Positions 38,027 to 50,934 of a DNA stretch of 64,000 bases are shown here, one piece after another. The stretch comes from Curvularia clavata. Its lineage: Eukaryota. The notes beneath the pieces are model-generated. The model saw only the letters and a program-made list of their open reading frames with translations. It was not told the DNA's origin and did not search any database. The stretch covers positions 744,001 through 808,000 of the forward strand of contig CP089278.1 of assembly GCA_023920165.1 (NCBI GenBank). Reading direction: 5' to 3'. The translations under genes and the position numbers were made by a program. Position 1 is the first letter of the stretch. Each line of letters begins with the position of its first letter.

Positions 38027-39311
38027 GGATACGTCGCACGGTCAGGGTGGCAATAGTCGTGGTGGCTCTGTAGAAGCAGTAGCTTAGATTCGCAAGGCGG
38101 CAAGACCATAGATAACGTCGGTGTGGAAGAAGTTGCCGCTCATCTATAAGGCAGCGAGGCTGAGAAGGATCCTGCAGCCGAACACTGCAGCGGCAAGGCG
38201 GGGTTCAAAGTGGAGGAGAAAGGCCCCTCCAAGGAGTCCATGGTGTCATTCTGTAGATTAGCGAGCTCATGTCGTCTGGTAAATAAGATAACACACTCGA
38301 AGCCTGATCTTTCCAGGTCTAAATCGACAAAGCCATCGAAGATAGTCATCACGTGACTATTTATTGGCGCTTTCAGGAAGGTTAAGGTCCGAACAGAGTA
38401 TTACAGTAGAGTAATCTCGATAGCTGAAACGCACGCTAAGAGACCTAATGCATGAATCACTGCGGAGAAACTCGGAATGCATATTAGGATATGCTCAATG
38501 CTTCCATAAGCTTGATATTCATTTTCATTAACCACCAGTATCGTCCGAATTCTCCGAGTCAAAAACACCAGTGGTAACAACTTTGCATAGATGGTTTCAG
38601 TGACTGCGAACAGAATCATCAACAGCATGCTCAAGCCGCCGTAATTTTCCGAAAACGCTGACGAGTTCATGTCATTCCATTTCATCTATACTGGCATATC
38701 GACCATATTTTCATTCCAAAGAACGACCGCTCTTTCCATTTCGTCTTATTGTCCTTTTCCGCTTTCCCCTCTCAACATGCTGCCTTCTTTTTTTCCCATT
38801 TCTCTCGCAGTATATGCTTGTTTGCCTCACACCAGCATACCTACGAAACCGCTTCGCCAAAAACCCCAGAAAATATGAGGATACAAAGATCCAAGAAAGA
38901 AACGAAGGGTATGTGCTCACTGTCCTCTCCAGGTGGAAGGAGTAAAAGTAAACGAGTTAAAAATGCTAGTATCGCTGAATAACTTTCGGAAGAAAAAAAA
39001 CAACAACGGGAAGAAGAAGAAGAAACAAAAAATCCTAACCGGAGGCTAGATGATGAAATGTAGAATAATCTTAATGTCAAGAAATGTCATGATCCAGCGC
39101 TTGTTGACATGACGAGGTGAAGAGCGAGAAGACGGGTGACTCATGACGCAATCAATCTCCCTTGCTTTGAGCATGTTTTATTTTGTCACGACCGAGAACC
39201 ACTCGGCACGGCAACCTTTTCACTCCACCTGAGCCAAAACTCGGTGAGAGAAAAAAAGGGGGGCAGCGGGACTGACGAGAAGCAATGGTACTGGGCAGAC
39301 CAACCGGCGGC

Positions 39312-41371
39312 TCAAACATACTCTGGCCAGTAGTTGTAGGGCATTATGCTTGGACCAGTCCATTTCTCGCCATAAGCGTTTGTGCGCTTACCAGCAATGA
39401 AGCCGTCATGAGCGTGCTCGAGGACCGAGATCCATGACGAGGGCTCTGGATGCTTTACCCACTAAAATCAATCATGTTAGCTTATATCATAATTACTTTT
39501 GATAATGCAGGGGACTTGTAGGGCGGCCCGCTGCAGGGCATAGGAAAAAGGTGGGGCTGGATAAGCAGTCACATGAAAGATAATGGGAATGAAAAAAATC
39601 AACAACGTACCTGGTTGTGGATGTGGTAGGTCCATGCACCACGGAAGAAATTCTCTAGCGTGCGGTTGTTGGGCGGGTACTTGTCTTCCTCTAGGACGTA
39701 GTCTGAAATCACACCAGCTTTGCGCAGCTCAGCCTCTTCGTCGAGCGTAGCCTGGAACGAATCGTGGTGTCCTGCTTTGTCGCTGTGGTTGGGAGTGGGA
39801 GCTGCTGCTGAGACTGGTACGTTGTCTTCGCCACGCTTCATGTTTGGTTCGTCGTTTGCGGTTGAGCGGAGCTCTTTGCGTTGTGCGTCTTTGAGGTCAA
39901 TGCGGTCCAGTTGAGGTCCGTCGTAGCTCTCCCACTCGTCCTTGATACCGCCAATCTTGCCCTTGAACACAGCACTATAGTCGCGAATGCATGGAACGGT
40001 GCATCGGCCCTCGCGGTCCCAGTTGAATTCCGTCCAGATGGGATCAAATGCGGCAGTCTCGAACATCTTAAACTCCTGATCGCGTCCGTCCTTCCAGGCC
40101 ATGCGGCCCAGGACACGAGGGTGGAAGTTGACGCCCATGCGGATACCGCCGTATAGTAGATACGAGGAAAGCGAAGAGTTTGCCGAAAGCGACATGATGG
40201 CTGTGTTGTAATCGCCTGGGTGGGGATGCGCAGCCCATCGCTCAGCAAAAGCGTGCTCTTTGGGCAACAGGAGAGGGCGCATATCCCTGAGCATAAGCAC
40301 ATCCATGTCGAAGTAAGCACCGCCGTAGATGTGCAGAACAATGAAGCGCACTGCATCAGACACAGCCACAGGAAGGAACGTCATTTGCTTCTGAGTAAGC
40401 ACTAGCCACTGTTGTCCACTCTTGTCTTCGATGATATTTTCAGCAACGTCCCTCTCACCCTTTGCATTGGGCAATCCGGGCTTGCTGTAGTAATTGAAAC
40501 CATTCTTGTTTTCCTTGTCGGTCGCTAACGGAATGCGGCTGGGGAATTTCCAGGCCTTGACAACAATGTCGCCTCTCTCAACCAAGGGCAAGAAGCGCGC
40601 GAAGAGGGCATCCTTGTTCAACATGTTGTAGACAGCCTTTGGGTTGCGGTCGCTGTCAAGCCATAGCCACAGGCGGGAACAAGCCAAGTTCTGAGTATAA
40701 AGATAACTCTTGATGAAGACCTCGACTCGCCAGGTCGCAGGGCCGGTCCAGTAGACGTGGTAGGGGATAATTGGGCCAGGGCAAGTTCCAATGCTGGAGC
40801 CATTGGCGGGGACGGCATCCTTGACGGAGATGTACTTGTCAAGCGTATTGCCATGTCCGTCTGCGTTTATAAAATCGGCCTTGCGGGGGTCTTGGGCGCT
40901 TGCTCGGTCGGCGGCGGCGGGCAGGCTGTAGTAGCGATCTTCTCCTTCAGCAAAGAACTTGAGGCAATCAAACGGCCTCCTCATCTTCTCGATGCCAGCA
41001 TATGTCCCCCTGCACTCCTCGATCAACATGTCGATATCTGCCTCGGTGTCGACATGGGGCCGGGGACCCAGGTAGTCGTCCTTGTTCTTGACGGCGGTAA
41101 TGGGGCGGTTGAAGACGTTGGCGTGTGGGTTGATGGTGACGGTCTTGGTGGTGCCGGCGAACTTGACCTTGACGCCCGAGCGAGTCGTTTCGATTAATTC
41201 TGTAGGCCCTGCCTTGTCGAGGAAGGCAGGAATGCCAATCTTGCCTTTTGAGGCGACGGAGGGATCGCTGACGAAGGTGATGAGTCCATAGATGGCTGCG
41301 TAGAGCAGTGCAGCCAGCACCAGGTTCTTGAGCAGGGTCAAGCCTGAGCGAAGCCTCGATACTTGAGCCAT
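39312..41371 (-). CDS. Glycosyltransferase family 32-like (DxD) type II membrane protein, 2 exons
   Basis: N-terminal TM (NLVLAALLYAAIYGLITFV); YHVYWTG; SDAVRFIVLHIYGGAYFDMDV; GAWTYHIHNQ. An intron from ~39610 joins a last exon WVKHPEPSSW..YWPEYV*. Confidence 0.82.
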
Positions 41372-42158
41372 GTTGGACAGGTCGGCAGGCACACGACCTG
41401 TAGCTGGTGTTGGCAAGTGCTGGTAGGAAGACGCAAACGGTCGGGGATTGAAGCGGGCTTCGGGTTTCCCTGTTTTGCAGCCGGCGGTGCAAGTATTATA
41501 GGAAGCGCACGAGCGGTCAGAGGGAGTTCAGGAGACGCGACAGGTGGAGCGAGGACCGAAGGCTGCGGCTGGACTGCGGGTCGAGTCGCACAAGCCCAGG
41601 GTCCACAGTGCGGGATATTATCAAACGAGAAACGGGGCGAGGCGTGCAGGCGAAGGAATCTGGGAGTAGAGACGTAGAGGGCGAAGTTTGCGAGGGCGCA
41701 GGTGAGGCCGTGGAGCGGCCGTGGGGGAGAAAGCAACGCGGCCGGCTGGTGGAGCGGAGTGGAGTGGAGTGGCACAGCAGCCAAGGATGGACAAGAAGGA
41801 GCGACGAGCCGGTGCAGAGGCGGCGTAGAAGGTTTAAAAAAAACAGGCGAGCTTTCTGGTGGACTGCGCCAGACTTGACTTGCAGCAGCGTCGCGTTTGT
41901 TCTGTTTGGGGGCGTCAAAGCAGCTAGACAATTTGCCTGCAGGCCGCGCGCCGCATGGTGCCCCGCCCGCGCCTTCCCCCTGACGGCCGACCAACATCAA
42001 CATGGCAATCCGCCCATTCAATTCTTTGTCGTGTGCCCCCGCTTCGATTTGCCCTTGGAACGCGGCCGCTCTTTTTTGCCTGACCCAAGACATGCTCCCG
42101 CTCGCCGTCCCATGACTCCCACCGACTATTCCCACCATCGCTTGCATGTCCATCTTTG

Positions 42159-43849
42159 ATGCCGCCACGCCTCTGCCAGAAGGCCCTCTCTGCCCTGCTC
42201 CCCGCGCTACCACGGCCCGCCTGTCGCGCCCCTCGGGCCCTGTCCAGGCCCTTTTCAGCTACACCAGCAGCGTCTGCTCAGCAATACGAACGCATCCAAG
42301 TCCCCTGTCGGTCCAACGGCTCCGTGACGGTTGAGTGAGTCTCCTGTTCCGTCTTGTCTTTCCGCTCATGACGTCTGCCCGTCGTGGCTTCTCCATCCTG
42401 CTGCCATCATCATGCATTGCCCAGATAGGCCCTCTGCTGTGCAATGACCTCAGATCGGCCGCCTAGCCCTGGTCACGGTTCCGCTCTGCATACGGCACTG
42501 ACTAGCACTCCTTTGCGGCATTGCCAATTGGTCCTCGCCCCCTCTCTCCGTGTCAAACCACTGCGTTTCCCCATACCAATCACGACTATGCTTCTTTCGC
42601 TTGGCCATGCTTCCAACTAACGTTTCCTCGCAGCGTCTTCCACGCAACCACGCCATCTTCACCCGTTCTGCTCTATCTGCCCCCAGGCCCTGTGCTCCCA
42701 CAGTCTGCCGACGAAGAGCACAACCTCATCACTACACTGGCCAAAGCAAGCGCTGCAACAGTAGTCCGCATCAACTACCGCGCCTCGCCAGCCCACCAGT
42801 ATCCCACTCCATGCCATGATGTATTGCTCTGCTACGACTGGGTGCGCGAGCATCTGCTTGTCGATGACTTCAATCGACCCTATCTTGCTCGTCTGGGGGT
42901 ATGCGGCGAGCTCATCGGAGGCTCTCTAGCCACGATGCTTGCATTGACCGAATGTCATGTTGGGCAGACCCGTATCGGCGCTGCCGCCGTGAACAATCCG
43001 CTTGTTGACTGGGTCTTTCCGGATGATCTTCCTATCGTGAAGCCTGAAGAGCTCCCAGAACCTTTATATGGTGACGAGACTGAATTCCCCGCCGATGAAG
43101 ATATAGCCGGCTCGTCGGCACTTCAAGAAGCCACTCGCAAGGCGCTAGAGTCTGAACGCAAGGGTCGGAAGAAGAAGTCTGCGTCCAAAGCTCAGCCGCT
43201 TACTTCGTGGCAAGCCCATGGTGACAACGCTGTCATACCTTCCTTGACCCTATCCGGAGAGCGTGACGTTCTCTTCAGTAGACCAGAAGACTACTTTGAT
43301 CGCTTTGCTTCTCCTATCCACTTCTTCCGCTCGCCCCATGCCCAACTCATCTCTCCCCAACCAGACGATACTTTCGCGTCGCAGCAGCCCAACGAGCTGC
43401 TCGACATTGAGACCCAGATTTCTCTCAGCCACTACGCAACCTTTGAGCGAGGTGTCAAGACACCCCCACCGCCATTGCCCTTACCTTACCTCAGCCGCTG
43501 TCGTGCATACGCTCGCAACTATCCCCCAGCCGGCACGCATCTGACTCTGCCTGTCTGGAACATCTCCACTGGTCTACAGAGCCCGCTTTCAGATAGTGCG
43601 CTCGAGCTGGCTAAGATGCTGCGTCGAAGTATCGCCCGCCAAACGATGAGAGCACATACAGGAAGGTCCAGATGGCATGATCTAGCGGAGAAGAAGCACT
43701 ATGAGGAGTTTGCCCACGGCCGTATCCAGGTGAATTCGCATCGAGGAGTCGGACTGTGGAGTCGGCAGGAGAGTAATCCTCAGTGGAAAGCGCAGGTAGA
43801 GAATGTGGGAGCATGGATGAGGCAGCGGTTGGATCCAGCGTTTACCTAG
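42159..43849 (+). CDS. Alpha/beta-hydrolase fold protein (HSL-like, probably catalytically atypical) with mitochondrial-type presequence
   Basis: Exon 1 MPPRLCQKALSALLP..RPFSATP..IQVPCRSNGSVTV; intron ~42335-42634; VLLYLPPG, VRINYR..YPTPCHDVL..YDWV, GVCGELIGGSLA, DRFASP. Confidence 0.8.
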
Positions 43850-44252
43850 TACTACCGTATATTCTGGTTCTTCCTTTTGTTTCCTCCTGCCTCGATCCGC
43901 AGTCTTCGATCGTTTAGGGAAATAAAAAACAGAGACATAGCAAGAATTCATGCGTTAGTACATTTTCACTGTCCATGAGCATGTGGAAGGAGGTTTACTA
44001 AATATATTGTCATTCATCGCGAGGGTGGGTATCTGGCATACACGAGAATCTTCTCAGTGATGCGAAGGAACAAAGAAAATCCCCGTCAATCGACCCATGA
44101 GCCGCTCAATCTGTCCAGTGACATGGAGCGACGCTCCTACTCTTCGTCCACCCGTTCAGACCCCTAAAACCCCTTAAACTCAAGGCGTATCGTCTGCGTA
44201 GAAACCCCACTACCTGGTGAAATACCAGCCTCGATATCGCAAAGTGCGAAAG

Positions 44253-46898
44253 CTAGGCATTGCCCACATCCTCCACCTTCGCCGCAACAGGCGCGCCAAT
44301 ACCGTACTTTTTCTGAAGATCCTTGAGCACCTTTTGCCCTTCGACGAGTGAGTTGCGCTGCCCGATGAGCTCCTTGCGCTGGTTGTAGCGGTGTGACGGC
44401 TCAGCAAGCAGACGGACAGCATTGTCATGGCCTTGCTGGTCATGCCTGACGCCAAGTCTGTTCTCGAGCTCATCGCGCAGCTCCGTCGCCAGCTTCTTGT
44501 ACCAGTGCGACTCGATGCGCATGCAGACGGAATCGTGGAACCGGCGCGCTGCGAGCATGTAGTACGTCGTGACCTGGGCCACTACGCCAACTTCAACCTC
44601 GTACGGCTCGAATTTCAATACAGCCATGCAATGCTTTTTGACCTTTTCTTCCTCTGCTGGTGTCATGGGTTTCTTTGTGCGTTGCTCTTTTGTTCTCTTG
44701 TATAGACTCAGCCGGTTGACGAGACGATGTTGCTGGTAATAGTCAAGAGACTTCTTCTTCTCTTCCTCAAAGACATCCTTGTGGAAAATGTACGGGCCTT
44801 CTTTCTCATCCTTCAGACTGTCAAGTGCCATGTTCATGTTGGGCTGGAGCAAGTCGTTGGCAAGCATATCGTCAACAATCTTCCATGTCTCGACATAGAA
44901 AGCCGATCCCTCTCGGCTTCTGAAGTACTTTTCAAATACGTCATGAATCTGGTCTCGAATCTGGGTTCTCAAAATGTCGAAGAACTGGTCGAGTGGCTTT
45001 CGCCAATGTTCAATCGCCTCCAGCATCATGCTGTTAATGACACGGGGCTCAATCTGACCGGGAATCTTCGACTGTGAATTTTCCATCAAGTGTTGTCGGA
45101 CGTCGTCAAGTCTGAAACTTTTCTTGAGGTTACTGAAGTCTGCAAATTGCATCCCAGTAGCTCCATCAAGTGGCGCTGGTGGACCTCGCTCGCCAGAAAT
45201 GTTTGCTATATCGTCAAGCTTTCGCTTTTTCGTTGGAGATTCAGAACTGCCCTTGACTGTCTCGCTTACTGCATCGTCCTCCTCGTTGCCTTCGTTTTCG
45301 CTGTCGGAAAGCGGGATTGGCTCCTTCGCAGAACCACCGGGAAGTGCTGCCTGTATATCCCAGTACACAGACTCGTCCTCCTTTCCTCTAATAACCAAAC
45401 CTGGCTTCATGTTTGCCAACGCATCAAAAAAGGACCTTTGTAATGCTTTCCAGTTATTGCGCCACGTTTTACATGGCCACTGAGCCTCGATTTCCCTACG
45501 CACTTCTTGCGAAAAGTCAAAGATGACGTCGGAGATGATACGAGTGGCATTGTGCGTGGGTGGCTCAGGAAACTGCTGGAGAGCGTTTTCGACCTCGTGA
45601 AGGCGGGTGTCGATTTCTTGTTCAATGATGGGCAGCTTCTTCATGATGTGCTCTGCTAGCTTCTGTGACAGGAACCTCTGAAGATTAACGGTGCCGAAAC
45701 GGTGTGCATAGATTTTGAATGTGGTCGACCAAATTTGATCCTTGTCAAAGAACTCTCGTTCTCGAGCACGAGCTTCTTGGTGAGTAAGCCCCTGGTTGAT
45801 CTCATCTTGACCTAGATTCTTGACAACAAAGTAGCCATGACCTAGGGCAAATCGCTTCTGCTCAAACACCTCCATGAGTTTGTCGTGACGTGATCCAGGT
45901 GGTAAGCGGTCCGGTTTAGTCAAAACACCTATCTCGAATATCAGTAAGGCATATCAATATGGTACGCAGAATACATACCGATGCATCGATCAGTAGCTTT
46001 CAGCTTTCTCGCAATACCGCCAGCTGTCGAGTTTGCAATGTCAGTTTCCAGGGAACAGCATAGAAGGACGAGCGTCTCAGGATCCTTGACATAGTCCGTT
46101 ACCAGGTCGGAAACAAATTTCACCACGAACTGGTCCTCTTCAATTTCTGCTTGTCCAATGATGCCAGGCAAGTCATAGAAGCTGAGTGCAGGTAATCCTG
46201 GCTGGGCGATTGAGATACAGACAACGTTGGGGCTGAACGCGCAACGTCCGTCCTCCCTTAGGCCCGCGAGAGATGGACGAAGAAAGACTTCGTGATCGAT
46301 ATGAGGGCTTAGAACAGTAAGCTGCGCACGAGCAATGAAGTGTTCAAGCTCGTTTGGATTCTCCGTAGTGGCGAAGGGTACGATCGTTGGCTGTGGCAAT
46401 GGGCACCAACCACGAAAGCGCCTATCGCGGCCGTTGTTGCCGTCATGTTTGTAATCTAGGCGAAGACTCACGCTTGCGTTCCAACGGGCGCGAGGATCTT
46501 CGGAACCCTCCAGGCTGATGAACAACGGGCATCGAGTACAGGTATCGTCAGACCTGGGAGTCTTGATGCCGGATATTGCTTCGATCACCGAAGACTTTCC
46601 CGCAGACTGTTCACCCAAGACGATACATTTGGGCAGAGGAATTTTCAAACGCTGTAACCCGAGGCTTTGGAGCCTGCTGATGGTTTTGATGACCTCGTTG
46701 ACATGCCGTCCCAGTGCGTCTGTATCGGGTGCTTCTGAGGAATCTCGCTGTTTATCGGGGGCTATAAGACGTGTTAGGCCTCTTCGTGTGTGAATGGGAG
46801 CACAACCTACTTATAACAGCCACCTGGTCGACTGGTCGATGATCCTCACTGAGGTGAGAGATATTCTCTCGCTTGCCGCGTCGGGCAGCGGGCGGCAT
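44253..46898 (-). CDS. Dynamin-family GTPase (Mx-like fungal subfamily) with stalk and GED, 3 exons
   Basis: LPKCIVLGEQSAGKSS (G1), TCTRCP (G2), DLPG (G3), TKPD (G4), GHGYFVVKN, and C-terminal YYMLAARRFHDSV..RLLAEP (GED-like). Confidence 0.88.
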
Positions 46899-47794
46899 GT
46901 CGATTGCGATTTCAAGTGAGTTCCTACAAGGTCGGAAGCAGGTGATAGAAGCAACGAACAAGTAGGCGTGCGGGGTTGAGCCAGGTTGATAAGAGTAAAA
47001 GAGGGTGCCAGGGTCAGGCGACAGATATGTAGGCTATGGTGACACAAACGCGCTAAATATGGGGTGCGATGATGGTGAACATGAAACGACAAGGTAGGGA
47101 GAAAAGCAAACTAGCAAATGTTGCCCTGTAGCCTACTTGCATTGAGTGAATGAGTGAGTGAGCGAGGGATACAGCGAAGGTTCAAGAAACTCGATTTTTC
47201 ATGCATATGTGGAAATGAATGATCTTGTTACAGTGTCTGACTAGGAAATGAGACATCACTTTCAGTGAGAGTTGTTTGGGTCGTGGTTTGGTAAATTTGC
47301 GCGAGTGCTTGAAGGTAAAGCTGGACAAGCTGTGCGAAATCAGGATTGAACGAGAGGCACATGAGAGACATGGACACATATTGCTCAGCGAGAAAGATGC
47401 AGCTGACAAAGATTAGTGAAGTTGTGGACATTTCAGCGGGACATGACTGTTTGCTGTTGCTCTAATCCATAGCGACGTATGGTTTTGACCTCTGGTACTG
47501 CTCTGAGGATATACACGCATCCAGAATTCATCATTTAAAAGAAATTTTAAAATCAATGATCATATGTATTACATCGACATTGGATTTATGACGGTAGTGA
47601 GCTTGGGATGAAGATGAAGGTCGTCAATGGCGGCCCCGAGGTTTCGCCGCTAGCGCCATTTCGGCCAGGGTTTCAAGAGAAAAACGTCGAAGCACATCGT
47701 CACCAGTGGCTGCCATCCGACCAAACCTCGACAGAACCCTCCCTGCACCCACTATTCGGCTTATTCGCCCTTTTTCTCGCCATATTAATACATA

Positions 47795-48385
47795 ATGGAT
47801 CACTCGCGCGATCCTTGTCCCTGGGTTATTCTCAATGACTTTGGCGGTGCCTTCGCCATGGGTGTATGTCATGCTGAACGCAGTGTCCGTGGCGCACATG
47901 CTAATGGAATCTCAGGCAGTTGGAGGTGCAGTATGGCACGGTGTTAAAGGCGTATGTACCTCTACAGGATCCCAGATGCGGCGCTGACAAGCATCTAGTT
48001 CCGCAATTCACCTTACGGCGAACGACGGATAGGCGCCATCACAGCAATCAAAGCTCGCGCACCTGTGCTCGGCGGTAACTTTGGTGTTTGGGGAGGACTT
48101 TTCAACACATATGACTGCGCAGTCAAGGGAATCCGAAAGAAGGAGGACCCGTGGAATGCCATTATCGCAGGCTTCTTCACAGGTGGATCGCTTGCGGTAC
48201 GAGGAGGCTACAAGTCGATGCGCAACGGCGCGATATCATGCGCTATCCTATTAGCAGTCATTGAAGGTGTTTCGATTGGGTTCAATCGCATGATGGCAGA
48301 CAACACAAGGCTCGACGCTCCCCCACCACCACCAACCGACGCCGGAGCATCGCCTGGTGGTGGCGGTATGGCTGTGGCTGCGTAG
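47795..48385 (+). CDS. TIM17: Mitochondrial inner membrane translocase subunit Tim17
   Basis: [75 protein letters not shown]; two short introns. Confidence 0.96.
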
Positions 48386-49120
48386 GCGGTTACGTTTTAT
48401 GGGTTGTATTTGGGAGCACGACCTACCTTCGTGCCAGAAAAAAAAAGAATTGGAAGATGGTTGGACAAGGGGTGTTCTTGGGATGTTTTGGCATATACCG
48501 CAGGCAGGTTTGGCAGCGGACGGCGTTCACACTCTCCTCAGCTTTGTGCTATATCTGTATCATATACGCGACACGACTATACAATATCTAGCGGCATCTC
48601 TAGAAGGCCATATGAAGTGTCCAGAGTTCAGAAGACAACGACGTTACTTCTGTACGGCAGTCCTGACTACGATTGGCGCATCCAACAGTACACATTGAAC
48701 TTGGCGCAGCAATCTTCAGCACAAAGTCCGGCCCGATGATTCCGATGACATCATAGGTCCACCGCTCAGATAGTTCCAGGCATCTGTAAGAGGACCATCT
48801 GAGATGTTGTATGTAAATTGTTTATTCTTCTAATTTGGCAATTCTTAAGCTAGTAGCGCTGCACTTGAATGTTCCCAAACTTGTAAGCTAGCCGCTTCTA
48901 GTTGTTAGCGTCTTTCAGTCAGCTACGCACCTACCGCCCATCATCTCTACTATTTCAAGTTGACGCCCCAAGTTTCGGCGTTCACATCATCACAATGCTA
49001 TATATACGCCACATAATATCGCACGACGGACTATGACACTTTGCAACACGACGTCTTTGCACACAAGACGCGCATTCAATCAGCCACTCGCCTGAGGTTT
49101 GCCTCATTTTCAGTGCAGCC

Positions 49121-50344
49121 ATGGCACCAACTAAACCATCAAGTTCTGTCACCTACAATATCAAAACCATCACCAAGAATTGGAAAATCAATCGCGTTCA
49201 TGAATGTTTGCCTAGGGCTCTCTGGCCCAACAAGCAATTCGAAGCGACACAATGGGATATCGGAATTCTTACCCTCTTGAGTCAGATCTCCGCTATACCG
49301 AATGCCACTATCCAGGACTTTCGGGCAAAAGCTAGGCGTGCAATCAAGGAGCGTCAAGAGCGGAACAGGACAGCAGCGGGAAAAGTGGGGTGGGTGAAAG
49401 TTACGGATTTGAAATGTGTTCTAAAAGAGTATGAAAAGGAGATTGCAGACGCAGACGCTGAGAAAAGTGCACAAGAGGAAAAGAAGTCAATAGGTGGCGT
49501 TCAATCAGATGCTATAGAATTGCCCAAAACCCCTGTGGGACCTGTCGTTGATTCAGAAGAGGAAGATTCAGAAGAACAAGGCTCTTCCGAGCCTGTTCCA
49601 GGAGGAAAATATCAGTATCTTACTCACGTCCGCCCCTTGAAAGTCGACTTGAACCCTATGGCATCTCCAGTAAGAAAAGTGGTTCAACCAAAAGCTACTC
49701 GAGGTAAGAAGCGGCAAGTGGACGAAGAAGCTACAGCCGAACCTTCTGCTGCGGAAAAGCCAAGCCTGGTACAGCAAGATCCCGATCCCCGGTCGCCAAA
49801 TGACACTGGATTCCTTTCTGATTCCGAGTCAGAGAAGTCGAAACAGAAAGAACGAAAGAAGAAGCGTCTTTCAAGGCTCGAGCAGCATCTTGTCCGTGTG
49901 CCACACTGGCAACAGGATCTAGATGACGTGGTAGGTAATAATACGCTAGTATCAAATGGAATCAGACTCGGCAATGGAGCAGTATCTGGTGGTGTTTCAG
50001 GAGATGGTGATGAGGATATAGACCTGGAGATGAATCTAGAAAATCTTCCTAGTATACCGGATAATGCAACGGTCACAGAGAGAATCGAGATGGAAGAGTT
50101 GAGACTTCGGATGGAACAGCGCGTATGGAGGATCAAGGTGCTCAGAATAAGAGAAAGGGAAGGTCGTGGGAAAGAAATCGTCGGACAGGGCGAAATTTCG
50201 GATCATGAGGTCGATCAGGATGAGGATAAGGATGAAGATGCAGATGCCGATGATGATACAGATGAGCACGCCAATGGAAATGAAAACAATGACACTGATA
50301 CTCGAGCTCAAGGCAGAGTATTACGGAGTAGGAAAGGGAAGTGA
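49121..50344 (+). CDS. Hypothetical charged/disordered protein with NLS-like basic clusters
   Basis: 407-codon ORF; TATA-like CTATATATA at ~48998; KKRQ and KERKKKR clusters; acidic tail; no recognisable domain. Confidence 0.65.
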   Translation: MAPTKPSSSVTYNIKTITKNWKINRVHECLPRALWPNKQFEATQWDIGILTLLSQISAIPNATIQDFRAKARRAIKERQERNRTAAGKVGWVKVTDLKCVLKEYEKEIADADAEKSAQEEKKSIGGVQSDAIELPKTPVGPVVDSEEEDSEEQGSSEPVPGGKYQYLTHVRPLKVDLNPMASPVRKVVQPKATRGKKRQVDEEATAEPSAAEKPSLVQQDPDPRSPNDTGFLSDSESEKSKQKERKKKRLSRLEQHLVRVPHWQQDLDDVVGNNTLVSNGIRLGNGAVSGGVSGDGDEDIDLEMNLENLPSIPDNATVTERIEMEELRLRMEQRVWRIKVLRIREREGRGKEIVGQGEISDHEVDQDEDKDEDADADDDTDEHANGNENNDTDTRAQGRVLRSRKGK

Positions 50345-50934
50345 AAGAAGATGTGGAAAGGATGAGCGATGGACGAGGACAGCGGTCCGCAGGAACACTA
50401 CCATCTTGGACTATAATAACCATATCTGAGCATTTCGAACTATCTTGTATATATTTATGTGGGAATCTACAGCTTGAAATGTCGGGACAAGAAATAGACA
50501 TCAGGTTCTTTACGCTTTACTTCTTGCACTTGCGCAGAACTCTCTAAGCAATGTTCTGATCGCTGTCTATTATCTTTACATGGTGGGTTTCAACGCGGAA
50601 AGATGCATGCTGAATTTCCAGAATGTTCGCCATGTGCGAGTTCGGGTTGCCTGTGCACAATGCTCTGGCACTCTCACAACCCGCACTTGTTGTTCATTCA
50701 CAGGTTCTCACCCAAAAATATCATTCACTGAACACATTGTCTTGGTAACAGTGTCAGATTTTAACTTTAACAATTTCTTTCTCGATATAAATTCTCGAAT
50801 TCTGTCAAGTCAACATTACTCGACCAAATTTACCCATAGTGAATAGTAAGTAATACATCAACTATCTTCTTCCAGCTTTCCAGCTTCATCCCGATCCGAA
50901 AAGAAACTCGAGCCCCAGAATAGAAACACTAAAA

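Noticed and set aside
41338..42213. 291-aa and 183-aa ORFs between GT32 and the hydrolase
   Set aside because: GC-rich bidirectional promoter/5' UTR with simple repeats (GGAGT)n; no coding signature.
47433..47534. Minus-strand ATGATGA ... CTGA pair resembling a C/D box snoRNA
   Set aside because: No convincing terminal stem, and no rRNA-complementary guide that I could recognise; a covariance-model search would be needed.
48764..48803. Imperfect hairpin CTCAGATAGTTCC...GGACCATCTGAG downstream of TIM17
   Set aside because: A single short stem with no other RNA-family features; compatible with chance.
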